From: a virus
Taxonomy: Duplodnaviria > Caudoviricetes
IMG/VR virus record: IMGVR_UViG_3300023257_000113
Location: 1-24,260 of that record
Direction: 5' to 3' (one strand)
Length of the DNA stretch: 24,260 nucleotides
The position numbers were made by a program, and so were the translations under genes. Positions 16,514 to 24,240 of the stretch are shown here, piece by piece (the stretch's first letter is position 1; each line of letters starts with the position of its first letter). Below the pieces are notes generated by a model. It had not been told where the DNA came from. It was given only the letters and a program-made list of their open reading frames with translations, and ran no database searches.

Positions 16514-17614
16514 TTACAATATGTTGTCGATAAAACTGTTGAAAGCCGGATTTTTCATCACTAGACACTGGTACTGCTTCAAATAAAACTTATCCGAATC
16601 GTTGGTTTTACCCATTGCTTCGTATGTCGTATCTTGTAGTACACGCATCTCGATGTAATCTGTATCAAGGAAGTAAATCTGTTTTGCACCTGAAGTGTTG
16701 CTCAAATATTGTGATGGGATCAACGGTACTGGTCCGACCATAGTTTGAAGTAATACCGCAGATGGAACACCGAATGGCAAAACACCTGAAGGTACGTCAC
16801 TTGGAGAATACCGGAACGTGTCCAATATAATCTTTCGAACGTCTCTTACAGCTGAACTTGACCCAATTGCGATTTTAACGTTTCCGCTATCATCGAATGA
16901 ATATTGTACCGCTGTTTCAATGTCATCGTATGTCAATGCTGCGCCGTCCAAATCTTTAACATTTGTTGTTCCCTGTAACTTTACGATACCAGAGAACTCA
17001 GTTGCGTCAGTGGATGCGTCACCATTTACGATTAAACTTTCTTCCAATTCCTTTAATGCTCTTGCTGCAGTTAAGACTCTTAATTGCATAGCGTTAGAGG
17101 ATGCAACGTTTCCGAATGCACTTCCACCTAACCCTGAACCAGTACCCTGGAAACCTTCCAATACGAACGCAGGCTGTGCGCTTCGTGCTGGACCAGTAAC
17201 TCGACCAACTGAATAAAGGAATTTTATTGGCGTAGAGTAACGATCAATAGTATCGTTAGTCTCTGCGAATGCCGCGTCTTCGTACGCAGTAAAAGCAGCC
17301 CCTTTTGCAGTAATCTCGTTCCAATCAGCATACATTCCCAAGTTCGTAACTCGAGGAATCAACTCAACCAAAGGTGTTCTCTTCCTAGTCTGATCAATCA
17401 GCATAGGAGATAAATAAACCGGAATCATTGCATATCCTGCAGTTCCTGGTCCACCTTGTGTTGTGTCAGTGGCTTTCATGTTCGCGTCAGCTCGCATGTC
17501 TGAACCACTTACTGGGTCCCAATATTTGGTTTTGCTCTTAAGATTAGCGAACGATTGGTAGTAGGCGTCCTGGAAGTCCAGTCCGTCCATATTGCCTGTG
17601 AATGCTTTTCCCAT
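16514..17614 (-). CDS. Major capsid protein (HK97 fold)
   Basis: 366 aa: GYAMIPVYLSPMLID...TPLVELIPR, ELEESLIVNGD...EFSGI, IYFLD. Follows the prohead protease. Confidence 0.9.
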   Translation of the reverse strand: MGKAFTGNMDGLDFQDAYYQSFANLKSKTKYWDPVSGSDMRADANMKATDTTQGGPGTAGYAMIPVYLSPMLIDQTRKRTPLVELIPRVTNLGMYADWNEITAKGAAFTAYEDAAFAETNDTIDRYSTPIKFLYSVGRVTGPARSAQPAFVLEGFQGTGSGLGGSAFGNVASSNAMQLRVLTAARALKELEESLIVNGDASTDATEFSGIVKLQGTTNVKDLDGAALTYDDIETAVQYSFDDSGNVKIAIGSSSAVRDVRKIILDTFRYSPSDVPSGVLPFGVPSAVLLQTMVGPVPLIPSQYLSNTSGAKQIYFLDTDYIEMRVLQDTTYEAMGKTNDSDKFYLKQYQCLVMKNPAFNSFIDNIL

Positions 17615-17615
17615 T

Positions 17616-18611
17616 TTAGCAAAGCTCTAAAGGATCAACAGATTTTAAATCAGCTTCTTCTGCTTTTTTCTTATCTTTATCTGGTTCATTGTTGCTCAAG
17701 GACTTATGTACTGGTGTTTTCAAAGCTAATGTAATCTTTGCAAGTTCGCTTTTCATTTCTGATTGAGCTTCCTTCATAGCTACATTGTCTTTTGCTACAA
17801 CGTCGTACTTTTCGTTCATGGACTTCAATTCACTTGATATAGATTTTAGCATTTCAACTGATTTTGCTTCAACGTCTTCAGAATCGTTCTGACTTTCGTC
17901 GTTAGATTCGTCTTCGTTTTCTTTGTCTGTCATCTTAGAATTTTTTGTGTGTAATTTAGTTATATCTTCCGTTTTATCGGTTGAATGTGATTTGACTTCT
18001 AGCTGTCCTTCTACGCTTGGGTCTAAGTCTTTTCTTTTCTTGTATTCTTCTAGAGCGTCCATTGACTTTGTTGAAATTTCTACCATCTGGGCTTTGGTGT
18101 TGCATGGGTTTCCTGTCATTGCTACGTTCAATAAAATAACATCGTTCAACATTCGAATAGCCTTGCCTTCTCTTTGTTCGTAGGATATGTCGGTTGGTAA
18201 AAATGCAACTGAGAAAGCATCTAGGTATTTTTCCACTAAGTTTCCCTTGATTGATTTGTAGTTTGGATTGTGTCTGTTTATTTCACACTTGACACTTGTT
18301 GAGTATCTTCCTTCTCCTAAATCTTTAACGGTAGCGTCGATTATCTTTCCGGCTGGAATCTTGGTCTTGTTAATTTCTTTCTCTTCGTGTGAATCTCCTT
18401 TAAACGCTTCGTGCTCCAAATCTAATTTCATATTACGATCTAATATCTGAGTTTGCATGCTTTCCTGACAGGCTTTAGTCATTATGTCATTTACGAAGTC
18501 TATGTCGTTTGTAGAAATATCCCCCTCGACAAATAGGTGCTCTTCTCCCTTCAGATTAACTATATTTACGTTCAAGGGAGTTGTAAATGTGAAACTTGCT
18601 TCTTGATTCAT
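17616..18611 (-). CDS. Prohead maturation protease (HK97-like) with a C-terminal scaffold-like region
   Basis: VEGDIST..IDFVND, LEH (His), AFSVAF (Ser), LLNVAMTGNPCN, then an acidic linker and coiled coil. Confidence 0.85.
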   Translation of the reverse strand: MNQEASFTFTTPLNVNIVNLKGEEHLFVEGDISTNDIDFVNDIMTKACQESMQTQILDRNMKLDLEHEAFKGDSHEEKEINKTKIPAGKIIDATVKDLGEGRYSTSVKCEINRHNPNYKSIKGNLVEKYLDAFSVAFLPTDISYEQREGKAIRMLNDVILLNVAMTGNPCNTKAQMVEISTKSMDALEEYKKRKDLDPSVEGQLEVKSHSTDKTEDITKLHTKNSKMTDKENEDESNDESQNDSEDVEAKSVEMLKSISSELKSMNEKYDVVAKDNVAMKEAQSEMKSELAKITLALKTPVHKSLSNNEPDKDKKKAEEADLKSVDPLELC

Positions 18612-18632
18612 GATTTGTTTAAATCAAAATAT

Positions 18633-18650
18633 GTTATAAACCTACTTTCA
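18633..18650 (-). promoter_or_regulatory. Archaeal-type BRE/TATA promoter of the capsid operon (leaderless)
   Basis: GAAAGTAGG-TTTATAAC, then 21 nt to ATG 18611; no SD. Confidence 0.65.
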
Positions 18651-18664
18651 AAAATTTAGAAGGA

Positions 18665-18759
18665 TTATTCTAATAATAATATGGCCCATATCCACATCCA
18701 AAGTATTAATACACATGGTGTTCCTATTCCTAATATTATTCCAGCTGTTATCTTTTCAT
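18665..18759 (-). pseudogene. Frameshifted single-TM micro-ORF
   Basis: As written it reads ATG AAA AGA TAA. One extra A gives MKKITAGIILGIGTPCVLILWMWIWAILLLE*. Confidence 0.4.
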
Positions 18760-18769
18760 GATTATAAAA

Positions 18770-19070
18770 TGTGGTTCAGGCTTACACCCCTATATTTGAG
18801 CCTCCCGCACAAAAGCTAGGATAGGGCTTTCCCACATTCCCAGTCTTTCCCGGTGTCAAGATAGGCAACCTATCCGAACGCTCTTGGTAGAACCAAAGCA
18901 AACGGCAGGATTCGAACCTGCAAGCTCCTGCCTTCTCCACAGTGACTCGGAAGCGGTTTATAGCTTCGGGGTATGTCTTCAGGGTTTAACGCTCGTCTGC
19001 TCTCTTAGTCTGTAGCCTTTGAGTATGAACATGGGGGAAACGGGTCTGTTCCTGCCCCATGAGTATGAAT
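18770..19070 (-). ncRNA. Structured non-coding RNA (~300 nt) with an embedded tRNA-like domain
   Basis: No ORF >=60 aa, visibly GC-richer than its flanks, several hairpins, and its own TATA promoter placing +1 near 19070. Confidence 0.65.
18897..19000 (-). tRNA. tRNA-like element / pseudo-tRNA; anticodon not assignable
   Basis: Acceptor stem GCAGACG/CGTTTGC and a perfect T arm GCAGG-TTCGAAT-CCTGC. It lacks U8, the D-loop GG, a canonical anticodon arm and CCA. Confidence 0.55.
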
Positions 19071-19091
19071 AAATATAACAGTCTATTCGCC

Positions 19092-19106
19092 TTTTTAAAA
19101 GTTTCT
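19092..19106 (-). promoter_or_regulatory. Archaeal-type BRE/TATA promoter for the ncRNA
   Basis: AGAAAC-TTTTAAAAA; a 21-nt spacer lands on the A at 19070. Confidence 0.6.
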
Positions 19107-19107
19107 A

Positions 19108-19383
19108 CTAGAACCCTACAACTCGTTTCTTATCTTTAGTATATGATAGTTCTCCGGTTTTTTTGTCCCTATAATATTTCACTATGTGGTCAAGAAGATA
19201 TGAGTTTGTTTCTTTGACGTACTTGTTATGAGATTTAATCATACTGACATATAACCCAACATATTTGACTATCTCCTTGTCTTTTGGTTTTAGGTTTTCC
19301 TGGAGTATTTTTAAATCTTCATTCAAATTACCTCCGATTCTATTGACTTCGTGAATACTAATTTCTTCTAGACTTTCTTTCAT
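19108..19383 (-). CDS. Hypothetical protein (91 aa)
   Basis: Overlaps the end of the protease gene; SD-like AAGGAG upstream. Confidence 0.6.
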   Translation of the reverse strand: MKESLEEISIHEVNRIGGNLNEDLKILQENLKPKDKEIVKYVGLYVSMIKSHNKYVKETNSYLLDHIVKYYRDKKTGELSYTKDKKRVVGF

Positions 19384-20113
19384 GTATCGGTTTTGTAACG
19401 ACTCCTTTTAATCGTTCAATTTCATCTAAGTACAACCCAATCTTATTAATATATCCAAATCTGTTCGCTGCGTCATATCTTCCTATTCCTATTAATTCAC
19501 CTTTATCGTTTAATACAGGGCTTCCAGAATCTCCACCAAATAAACTAAAGTCAACTCCAAACACATGTTCTCTATCTCCGAGTTTATCAGTCATTCCGTC
19601 TAAGTCTGAAACATAACCGTGTCTTATGTTAGTTCCTTGTAGTGCTGGATTTCCAACGATATAAATTTTATCTCCGTATTTGACATCACTTCTATTTGGT
19701 ATTGCTGGAAGGTTTTTATATACTCTACCTTTTGATTTTGCTATAAGTACATCTGTATGAAAATTCTCATACATTATTTCAAACGGCACTTCTCCAATCT
19801 TCATTTCTTTATTTGTTATATCAATTTCAATATCCATCATTCCGAATGGTGTCTTTGTTTTTATCTGTTCTAATGATTGGCAGATATGAGCAGTTGTGAT
19901 ATAATAATCATTAACAAAAAATCCAACACCACCCTGTTTTCGTTTTCCTTCTACTGAGTCTGCTGTGTAATTAGCAATGTGAATATCTTTTGGCATGTTA
20001 TAAATTTTTTCTTCTATGTCTTTTTGGCTGTTTTGTTCTAAGTATTCTAATCCTTGAGTTAATGTTAATCCAGACATACCCAACCACAATAAAAATTCTC
20101 TTCTATTTATCAT
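19358..20113 (-). CDS. Trypsin-like (S1) serine protease with a twin-arginine-like N-terminus
   Basis: Catalytic motifs ITTAH, TDV and GGDSGSPV, plus VGNP. Likely start is 20113 (MINRREFLLWLGMSGLTL) with GGAG upstream. Confidence 0.85.
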   Translation of the reverse strand: MINRREFLLWLGMSGLTLTQGLEYLEQNSQKDIEEKIYNMPKDIHIANYTADSVEGKRKQGGVGFFVNDYYITTAHICQSLEQIKTKTPFGMMDIEIDITNKEMKIGEVPFEIMYENFHTDVLIAKSKGRVYKNLPAIPNRSDVKYGDKIYIVGNPALQGTNIRHGYVSDLDGMTDKLGDREHVFGVDFSLFGGDSGSPVLNDKGELIGIGRYDAANRFGYINKIGLYLDEIERLKGVVTKPIHERKSRRN

Positions 20114-20345
20114 TTTGCCACTCTCCAATCCTTTCCATATAATGAGCATAAGTTCCAGATACTTCGAATGGTTTTGTTACAACTTCAAAATCATCAAACC
20201 AAATATAATCAAAAGCATTTCTTAAAAACATTCTTTGGTCACCATCCATCCATATCTTATAAATAGGTATCATCTTAATTGGATGAGTCTTTTCAGCTTT
20301 CTTAACGTTGTAAAGCATAGCTTCTATATTTTGATTTTTTCTCAT
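20103..20345 (-). CDS. Hypothetical protein (80 aa)
   Basis: TAATG coupling to the phosphoesterase gene; overlaps the protease start. Confidence 0.6.
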   Translation of the reverse strand: MRKNQNIEAMLYNVKKAEKTHPIKMIPIYKIWMDGDQRMFLRNAFDYIWFDDFEVVTKPFEVSGTYAHYMERIGEWQNDK

Positions 20346-21196
20346 TATAAACTTACTCTGATTCTTTTTTCAAGTCCAGACAACTTCAGCTTAGGTGAAC
20401 CTTTTCTGGCTGGCTCCATACTCATTATGTGCGCGTAACCACCCCAGTGATCTAAATAACTTCCAGTAATAATGTAATGCTTTTGATGTTCTTCAATGTT
20501 CTTTGTGCTCTTGTTAACTTTGTAGTAATTCTGAGTATGATGACTTAATTGATGTAAGTGTCCTTGTGCATAAACATCCACGTCAATCATGTTTGCTAGT
20601 TTGATTGTGTTTGCTATTTTGGTATGAGGTAGTCTTGCTCCACTAGAACCGTGTGTTGTATAAAGTGTATAGCTTTGTTTTCCTACTCTTAATATGTGTG
20701 CGGCTCCAACTCCCAAATAAGGAATTTTTAACATCTGTGCGAATATTTTGGATAGATTTACCCCGGATGAATTGTGTACTCTTGCTTCATGGTTTCCGAT
20801 GTGGTTTCCGATTATCAATCCTGCGTCTGCCATGGGTTTGTATAATTCAACACACTTTTCTAGTTGTTCTTGGACTATCTCGTTTTGTTCGTAGACTCCT
20901 GCACCCACACTTGTTTTTGTGGCAGTTTCCATTTCGTCTCCCATTAAGATAATTGGAATATTATTATCGTAGCACCAGTCTAAATTCTTTCTGTGAGTCT
21001 TTTCATCGTAGAACTTTGAACCTATGTGCTCGTCACCCATTAGAACTATTGTTTGTTTGTCCACATCGAATTTAGTAACATTTACCTTTCTGCCCATATT
21101 GTCTCTTACAGCAGCGTTTTCCCATGCTTGCTTTTCTTTAACCTTTTTACCTATTGCTAGGTCTTTGGCTATTTGGCTTTTTGGTGTGTTTCCCAT
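20345..21196 (-). CDS. Calcineurin-like metallophosphoesterase
   Basis: All five motifs are present: GDEH, GDEME, GNHE, THG and GHLH. Confidence 0.9.
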   Translation of the reverse strand: MGNTPKSQIAKDLAIGKKVKEKQAWENAAVRDNMGRKVNVTKFDVDKQTIVLMGDEHIGSKFYDEKTHRKNLDWCYDNNIPIILMGDEMETATKTSVGAGVYEQNEIVQEQLEKCVELYKPMADAGLIIGNHIGNHEARVHNSSGVNLSKIFAQMLKIPYLGVGAAHILRVGKQSYTLYTTHGSSGARLPHTKIANTIKLANMIDVDVYAQGHLHQLSHHTQNYYKVNKSTKNIEEHQKHYIITGSYLDHWGGYAHIMSMEPARKGSPKLKLSGLEKRIRVSL

Positions 21197-21197
21197 T

Positions 21198-23543
21198 TTA
21201 TTCTTCTTCGATGAATATCATCGTACTTCTACAATTTACATGACTAGGTGGAGATTGACCTTCCCAACCACTACTTGAATCTTTGAAGTTGTCGTCTAAT
21301 CCTATTGTTTGGCCGTCTAGTCTCTTACATAATTCTGAGGTTCGGTCGTCCTCGTGTGTTAACCATTGCTTTTTGTAATCCATACCGCTTGACTTCATTG
21401 CCAATAACCTTCCGTTGTTTTCTGCTCGGTTTGTTTCTGTTCTGGCAATCATGCTTGCTCGGTTGTTTCCTACGTTGAATACTTTAGTCACTCGTTTCTT
21501 TAGTTTTGTGATTCCTTCTCCGTTGATTATTCCTCTAGATAACTCGGCCCTCAAATCATTTGCTACTTCTTCGGTCATCTCCTTAATGTTCTCGAATGTT
21601 TGGTCTTGGAGGAACTCTACGGCTTTGTTGTTTACTGGTAAATTCTGGCCGATTTGTTTTTCTGATTTGTCCCATCCAAAGTTAAACTCCATACTGATAA
21701 CTTCATTGACTATCTTTTTGAATGAGAAGATTTCGAATATCTTTTTGATAATGCCGGGTATATCATCTATTCCTTTAATCTGCAATAGTGTTTCTGGTTT
21801 GTTTTGGTCATCTAGTAATTCGAACACCTTTGTTTTGTTCTTTCTTAGTAGGTCTAAAATTCTTTTCTTTAGCTTCTTTTCGGAGTTGCCCGTCTCTTCG
21901 TTTGATACGAGTACGGTTGGGGAGTCTGTTGTTTGGGCTTTCTTAATATCCTTTGGTTTATCGCCCTTTGCTGGTTTGCCTGTCATTTTGTCTCGAGTGT
22001 CTTGGCTATCTCTGTTGATTTTGTCTGATGCGCTTTGTAGTGGATTGTCTGTTAAAATATCTCGGTCGGCTGTTTGCTGTCTGTCGCTTCGCATTGAGCC
22101 TGTTTCATCGCCGCCTTCAAGTGCATCTAGTCCTTCCGCATTTCTAATCTCATTGACTGTTTTTAGGTCTGCGTCGGTTTGTAATTTGTAAAGTCCCCAC
22201 TTCTTTGTTTCCTCATCAATATCGAAAATCTTGTATTTGTATCTTATTCCCTCAACTCCGAACTCCGGGATGATTTCTGTGTTTACGTGGTATTCGATTA
22301 GTCTTAGTAATGGATAAATGATTCTTTTCTTTGCAACAGAAGTTTGAACTATTTGGTTGGCGCTTCCCTTTGCGTCCTCCGTAAATCCCAACTCTGTTGC
22401 AGTTATACCAAAGGCTCCCCAGACTAATTTGCTCCACCATTTTTGACTTTCGATTAATTCTAATTCTTGGTTTGTGAATCCTATTCTCTCGAACTTTGGC
22501 ATCTTGTTGACCATTGGTAATTTGTGGTTTGCTCTCTTCCAGTTGCCTAGCGTATCTTGAACCCTTTGTTGTTGAATCCACTGTGTTCCAAACGCCTTCA
22601 AATCCTCAGCATTCATCCCTTCTAATCCCAAGACTCCTGGAGGGATTGAATTGTCGTTGAAATATTCCAATTGACTCTCCACTGCATAAATTAGTGTCTG
22701 AACTGTTTTTGCCAAAACCTCCATAGATGAACGTCCGTATAAATTGTCTGTTCGTACTTTCTTTTCTAACCACACTATTTCTCGCCTTCCGAACGGAATT
22801 GGTCTGGCACCTGTGTTGAATCCATATTGAAAATATGCGCCTTCTTCTTGGGCTTCGACTGCATCCATTTCCATTTGAATGGCTGGATAGTCCATCTGTT
22901 GGGTTTGTTCTGCGCCTTCTCCTAAAATATTCTTCATTAAAATTAAGTCTGCTCTGGTTGTATAAAAACCATAAGGATCAGGATTCTTTGTGAAGGCCAT
23001 TCCGTCTCTAGCGCAAATTTCTACCATTTCGCCAAACATATTAAACACCTTAACAATGATTCCCGAGTTAAGTTCCAGTAAATCTGGCAACATCATTCGA
23101 ACAATCATCTCCCAACTTTCTTTGTTTGTATTTGGATTATGGAAGAACTCTTGAATACGCTCGACATCGCTTTCTTTGCCTGGTACTTCATTGCCGGCAC
23201 GATCCTCTGCGACTATTTCCCACTCAACTGAACACACCTCATCTATAATTGCCGTCACACACATATCAACATAAATACTCGCTGCTAATTGTCTATAGTA
23301 ATTAAGGTCTTTGTATCTAGGATAACCAAACGGTGCCTTATAGAAGAAGTTTGGAATATATGCTTTTGGGAGTCCGTCTCTTGTCTCCTCATAAACAGTC
23401 ACAGCATTTTCACCTTTTGGTGCTTGAATTTGTTGGGCTTTGTTGTACGGTCCTGGCGTACGTCTGCCTAACGGTTGCAGAACTGATTCACTGCCGATTT
23501 CCCAGGGGCAGTTTGAAAATATCGACGCTGATTTTCTTTCCAT
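21198..23543 (-). CDS. Portal protein fused to a C-terminal MuF (SPP1 gp7-like) domain
   Basis: Portal motifs YGRSSME, YFNDNSIPPGVL, AFGITATELG, KTVNEIRNAEGL. MuF motifs RASMIARTETNRA, KQWLT..DDRT..LC..LDGQ, PPSHVNCRS. Confidence 0.9.
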   Translation of the reverse strand: MERKSASIFSNCPWEIGSESVLQPLGRRTPGPYNKAQQIQAPKGENAVTVYEETRDGLPKAYIPNFFYKAPFGYPRYKDLNYYRQLAASIYVDMCVTAIIDEVCSVEWEIVAEDRAGNEVPGKESDVERIQEFFHNPNTNKESWEMIVRMMLPDLLELNSGIIVKVFNMFGEMVEICARDGMAFTKNPDPYGFYTTRADLILMKNILGEGAEQTQQMDYPAIQMEMDAVEAQEEGAYFQYGFNTGARPIPFGRREIVWLEKKVRTDNLYGRSSMEVLAKTVQTLIYAVESQLEYFNDNSIPPGVLGLEGMNAEDLKAFGTQWIQQQRVQDTLGNWKRANHKLPMVNKMPKFERIGFTNQELELIESQKWWSKLVWGAFGITATELGFTEDAKGSANQIVQTSVAKKRIIYPLLRLIEYHVNTEIIPEFGVEGIRYKYKIFDIDEETKKWGLYKLQTDADLKTVNEIRNAEGLDALEGGDETGSMRSDRQQTADRDILTDNPLQSASDKINRDSQDTRDKMTGKPAKGDKPKDIKKAQTTDSPTVLVSNEETGNSEKKLKKRILDLLRKNKTKVFELLDDQNKPETLLQIKGIDDIPGIIKKIFEIFSFKKIVNEVISMEFNFGWDKSEKQIGQNLPVNNKAVEFLQDQTFENIKEMTEEVANDLRAELSRGIINGEGITKLKKRVTKVFNVGNNRASMIARTETNRAENNGRLLAMKSSGMDYKKQWLTHEDDRTSELCKRLDGQTIGLDDNFKDSSSGWEGQSPPSHVNCRSTMIFIEEE

Positions 23544-23610
23544 AAATGTGAGGTTAAGATGGGCAATCTTGATGAAGTTCTATTTGACTGTATTTCTTAG
23601 TCTTCATAAT

Positions 23611-23625
23611 TTTATAAACGTTGTT
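23611..23625 (-). promoter_or_regulatory. Archaeal-type TATA promoter of the portal operon
   Basis: AACAACG-TTTATAAA. A 21-nt spacer lands on the A at 23589, giving a 46-nt leader with an AAGAT/ATCTT hairpin. Confidence 0.55.
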
Positions 23626-23655
23626 GTCATTTAATATAAACTATTATTCTAGAAA

Positions 23656-24240
23656 TTAAAGGTTTTTTCTAAAAACTTTCCACCGATACTTAGTATTACA
23701 AGATTTGCACCTTATACTTCTCTGGGCAATTTCTTTATTGCAATCAATACAGTAATTCCATTTTTTTCTTGAATTATTACTGCATGGCAAACACATGGAG
23801 TTTTTCTTTAATATGCTTTTTCCACATTTGATACAATTGAATATCTTGTATTTTTCGTCATAATGTGGATGTTTTAAACGAAATGCATCGTTTCCTTTCT
23901 TTGTTATTATTTTTCTTTTTTCTGGATTTTCTCTATTCCACTTATAACATTTTTCCCAATATTCTTCTTTGAAACCCGGTCTATTTTTTATCTTCCAATC
24001 TCTTTTATCACTTTTTCTTTTATTACTTTCTTTATATCTTGTTAAAAGTTTATTTTTTGTTAGATTTGGCTCTCCATTCGTTCTAGGATTATTAGCTATT
24101 AATCCCATCTTGGTTCTTCTTGTCCATACGGCAGTTTGCGATACTCCCAATTTTTTTGACATAAGTGAATCACTAAACCCTTGATTATAAACTTCTATCA
24201 ATTCTTCATCTGTGAATTTTTTATATTGACTATCACCCAT
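23656..24240 (-). CDS. Basic DNA-binding protein: N-terminal HTH plus two C4 Zn-finger repeats
   Basis: FTDEELIEVYNQGFSDSLMSKKLGVSQTAVWTRRTKMGL; CIKC..CLPC and CIDC..CKSC. Confidence 0.75.
   Translation of the reverse strand: MGDSQYKKFTDEELIEVYNQGFSDSLMSKKLGVSQTAVWTRRTKMGLIANNPRTNGEPNLTKNKLLTRYKESNKRKSDKRDWKIKNRPGFKEEYWEKCYKWNRENPEKRKIITKKGNDAFRLKHPHYDEKYKIFNCIKCGKSILKKNSMCLPCSNNSRKKWNYCIDCNKEIAQRSIRCKSCNTKYRWKVFRKNL

Noticed and set aside
18897-19000. tRNA-Sec (TCA), tRNA-Ser (GCT) or tRNA-Tyr (ATA)
   Set aside because: None of these triplets sits in a 7-nt loop closed by a 5-bp stem.
18770-19070. RNase P, SRP, tmRNA, hammerhead or HDV/theta ribozyme identity for the ncRNA
   Set aside because: GGGAAAGCCC and AACAGACCCG resemble RNase P conserved regions but are in the wrong order. 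There is no SRP helix-8 motif and no G3-U70 pair. CTGAAGA lacks stem II/GAAA, and no HDV P1/L3 pattern follows the tRNA-like end.
528-22581. Alternative-frame minus-strand ORFs (528-743, 4728-4934, 9378-9572, 9591-9782, 10384-10605, 22252-22581)
   Set aside because: They are nested out of frame within strong genes and are explained by codon bias.
93-24184. All plus-strand ORFs in the track, including the 258-aa (21415-22191) and 214-aa (7094-7738) ones
   Set aside because: They are antisense shadows of well-supported minus-strand genes, with no recognisable motifs.
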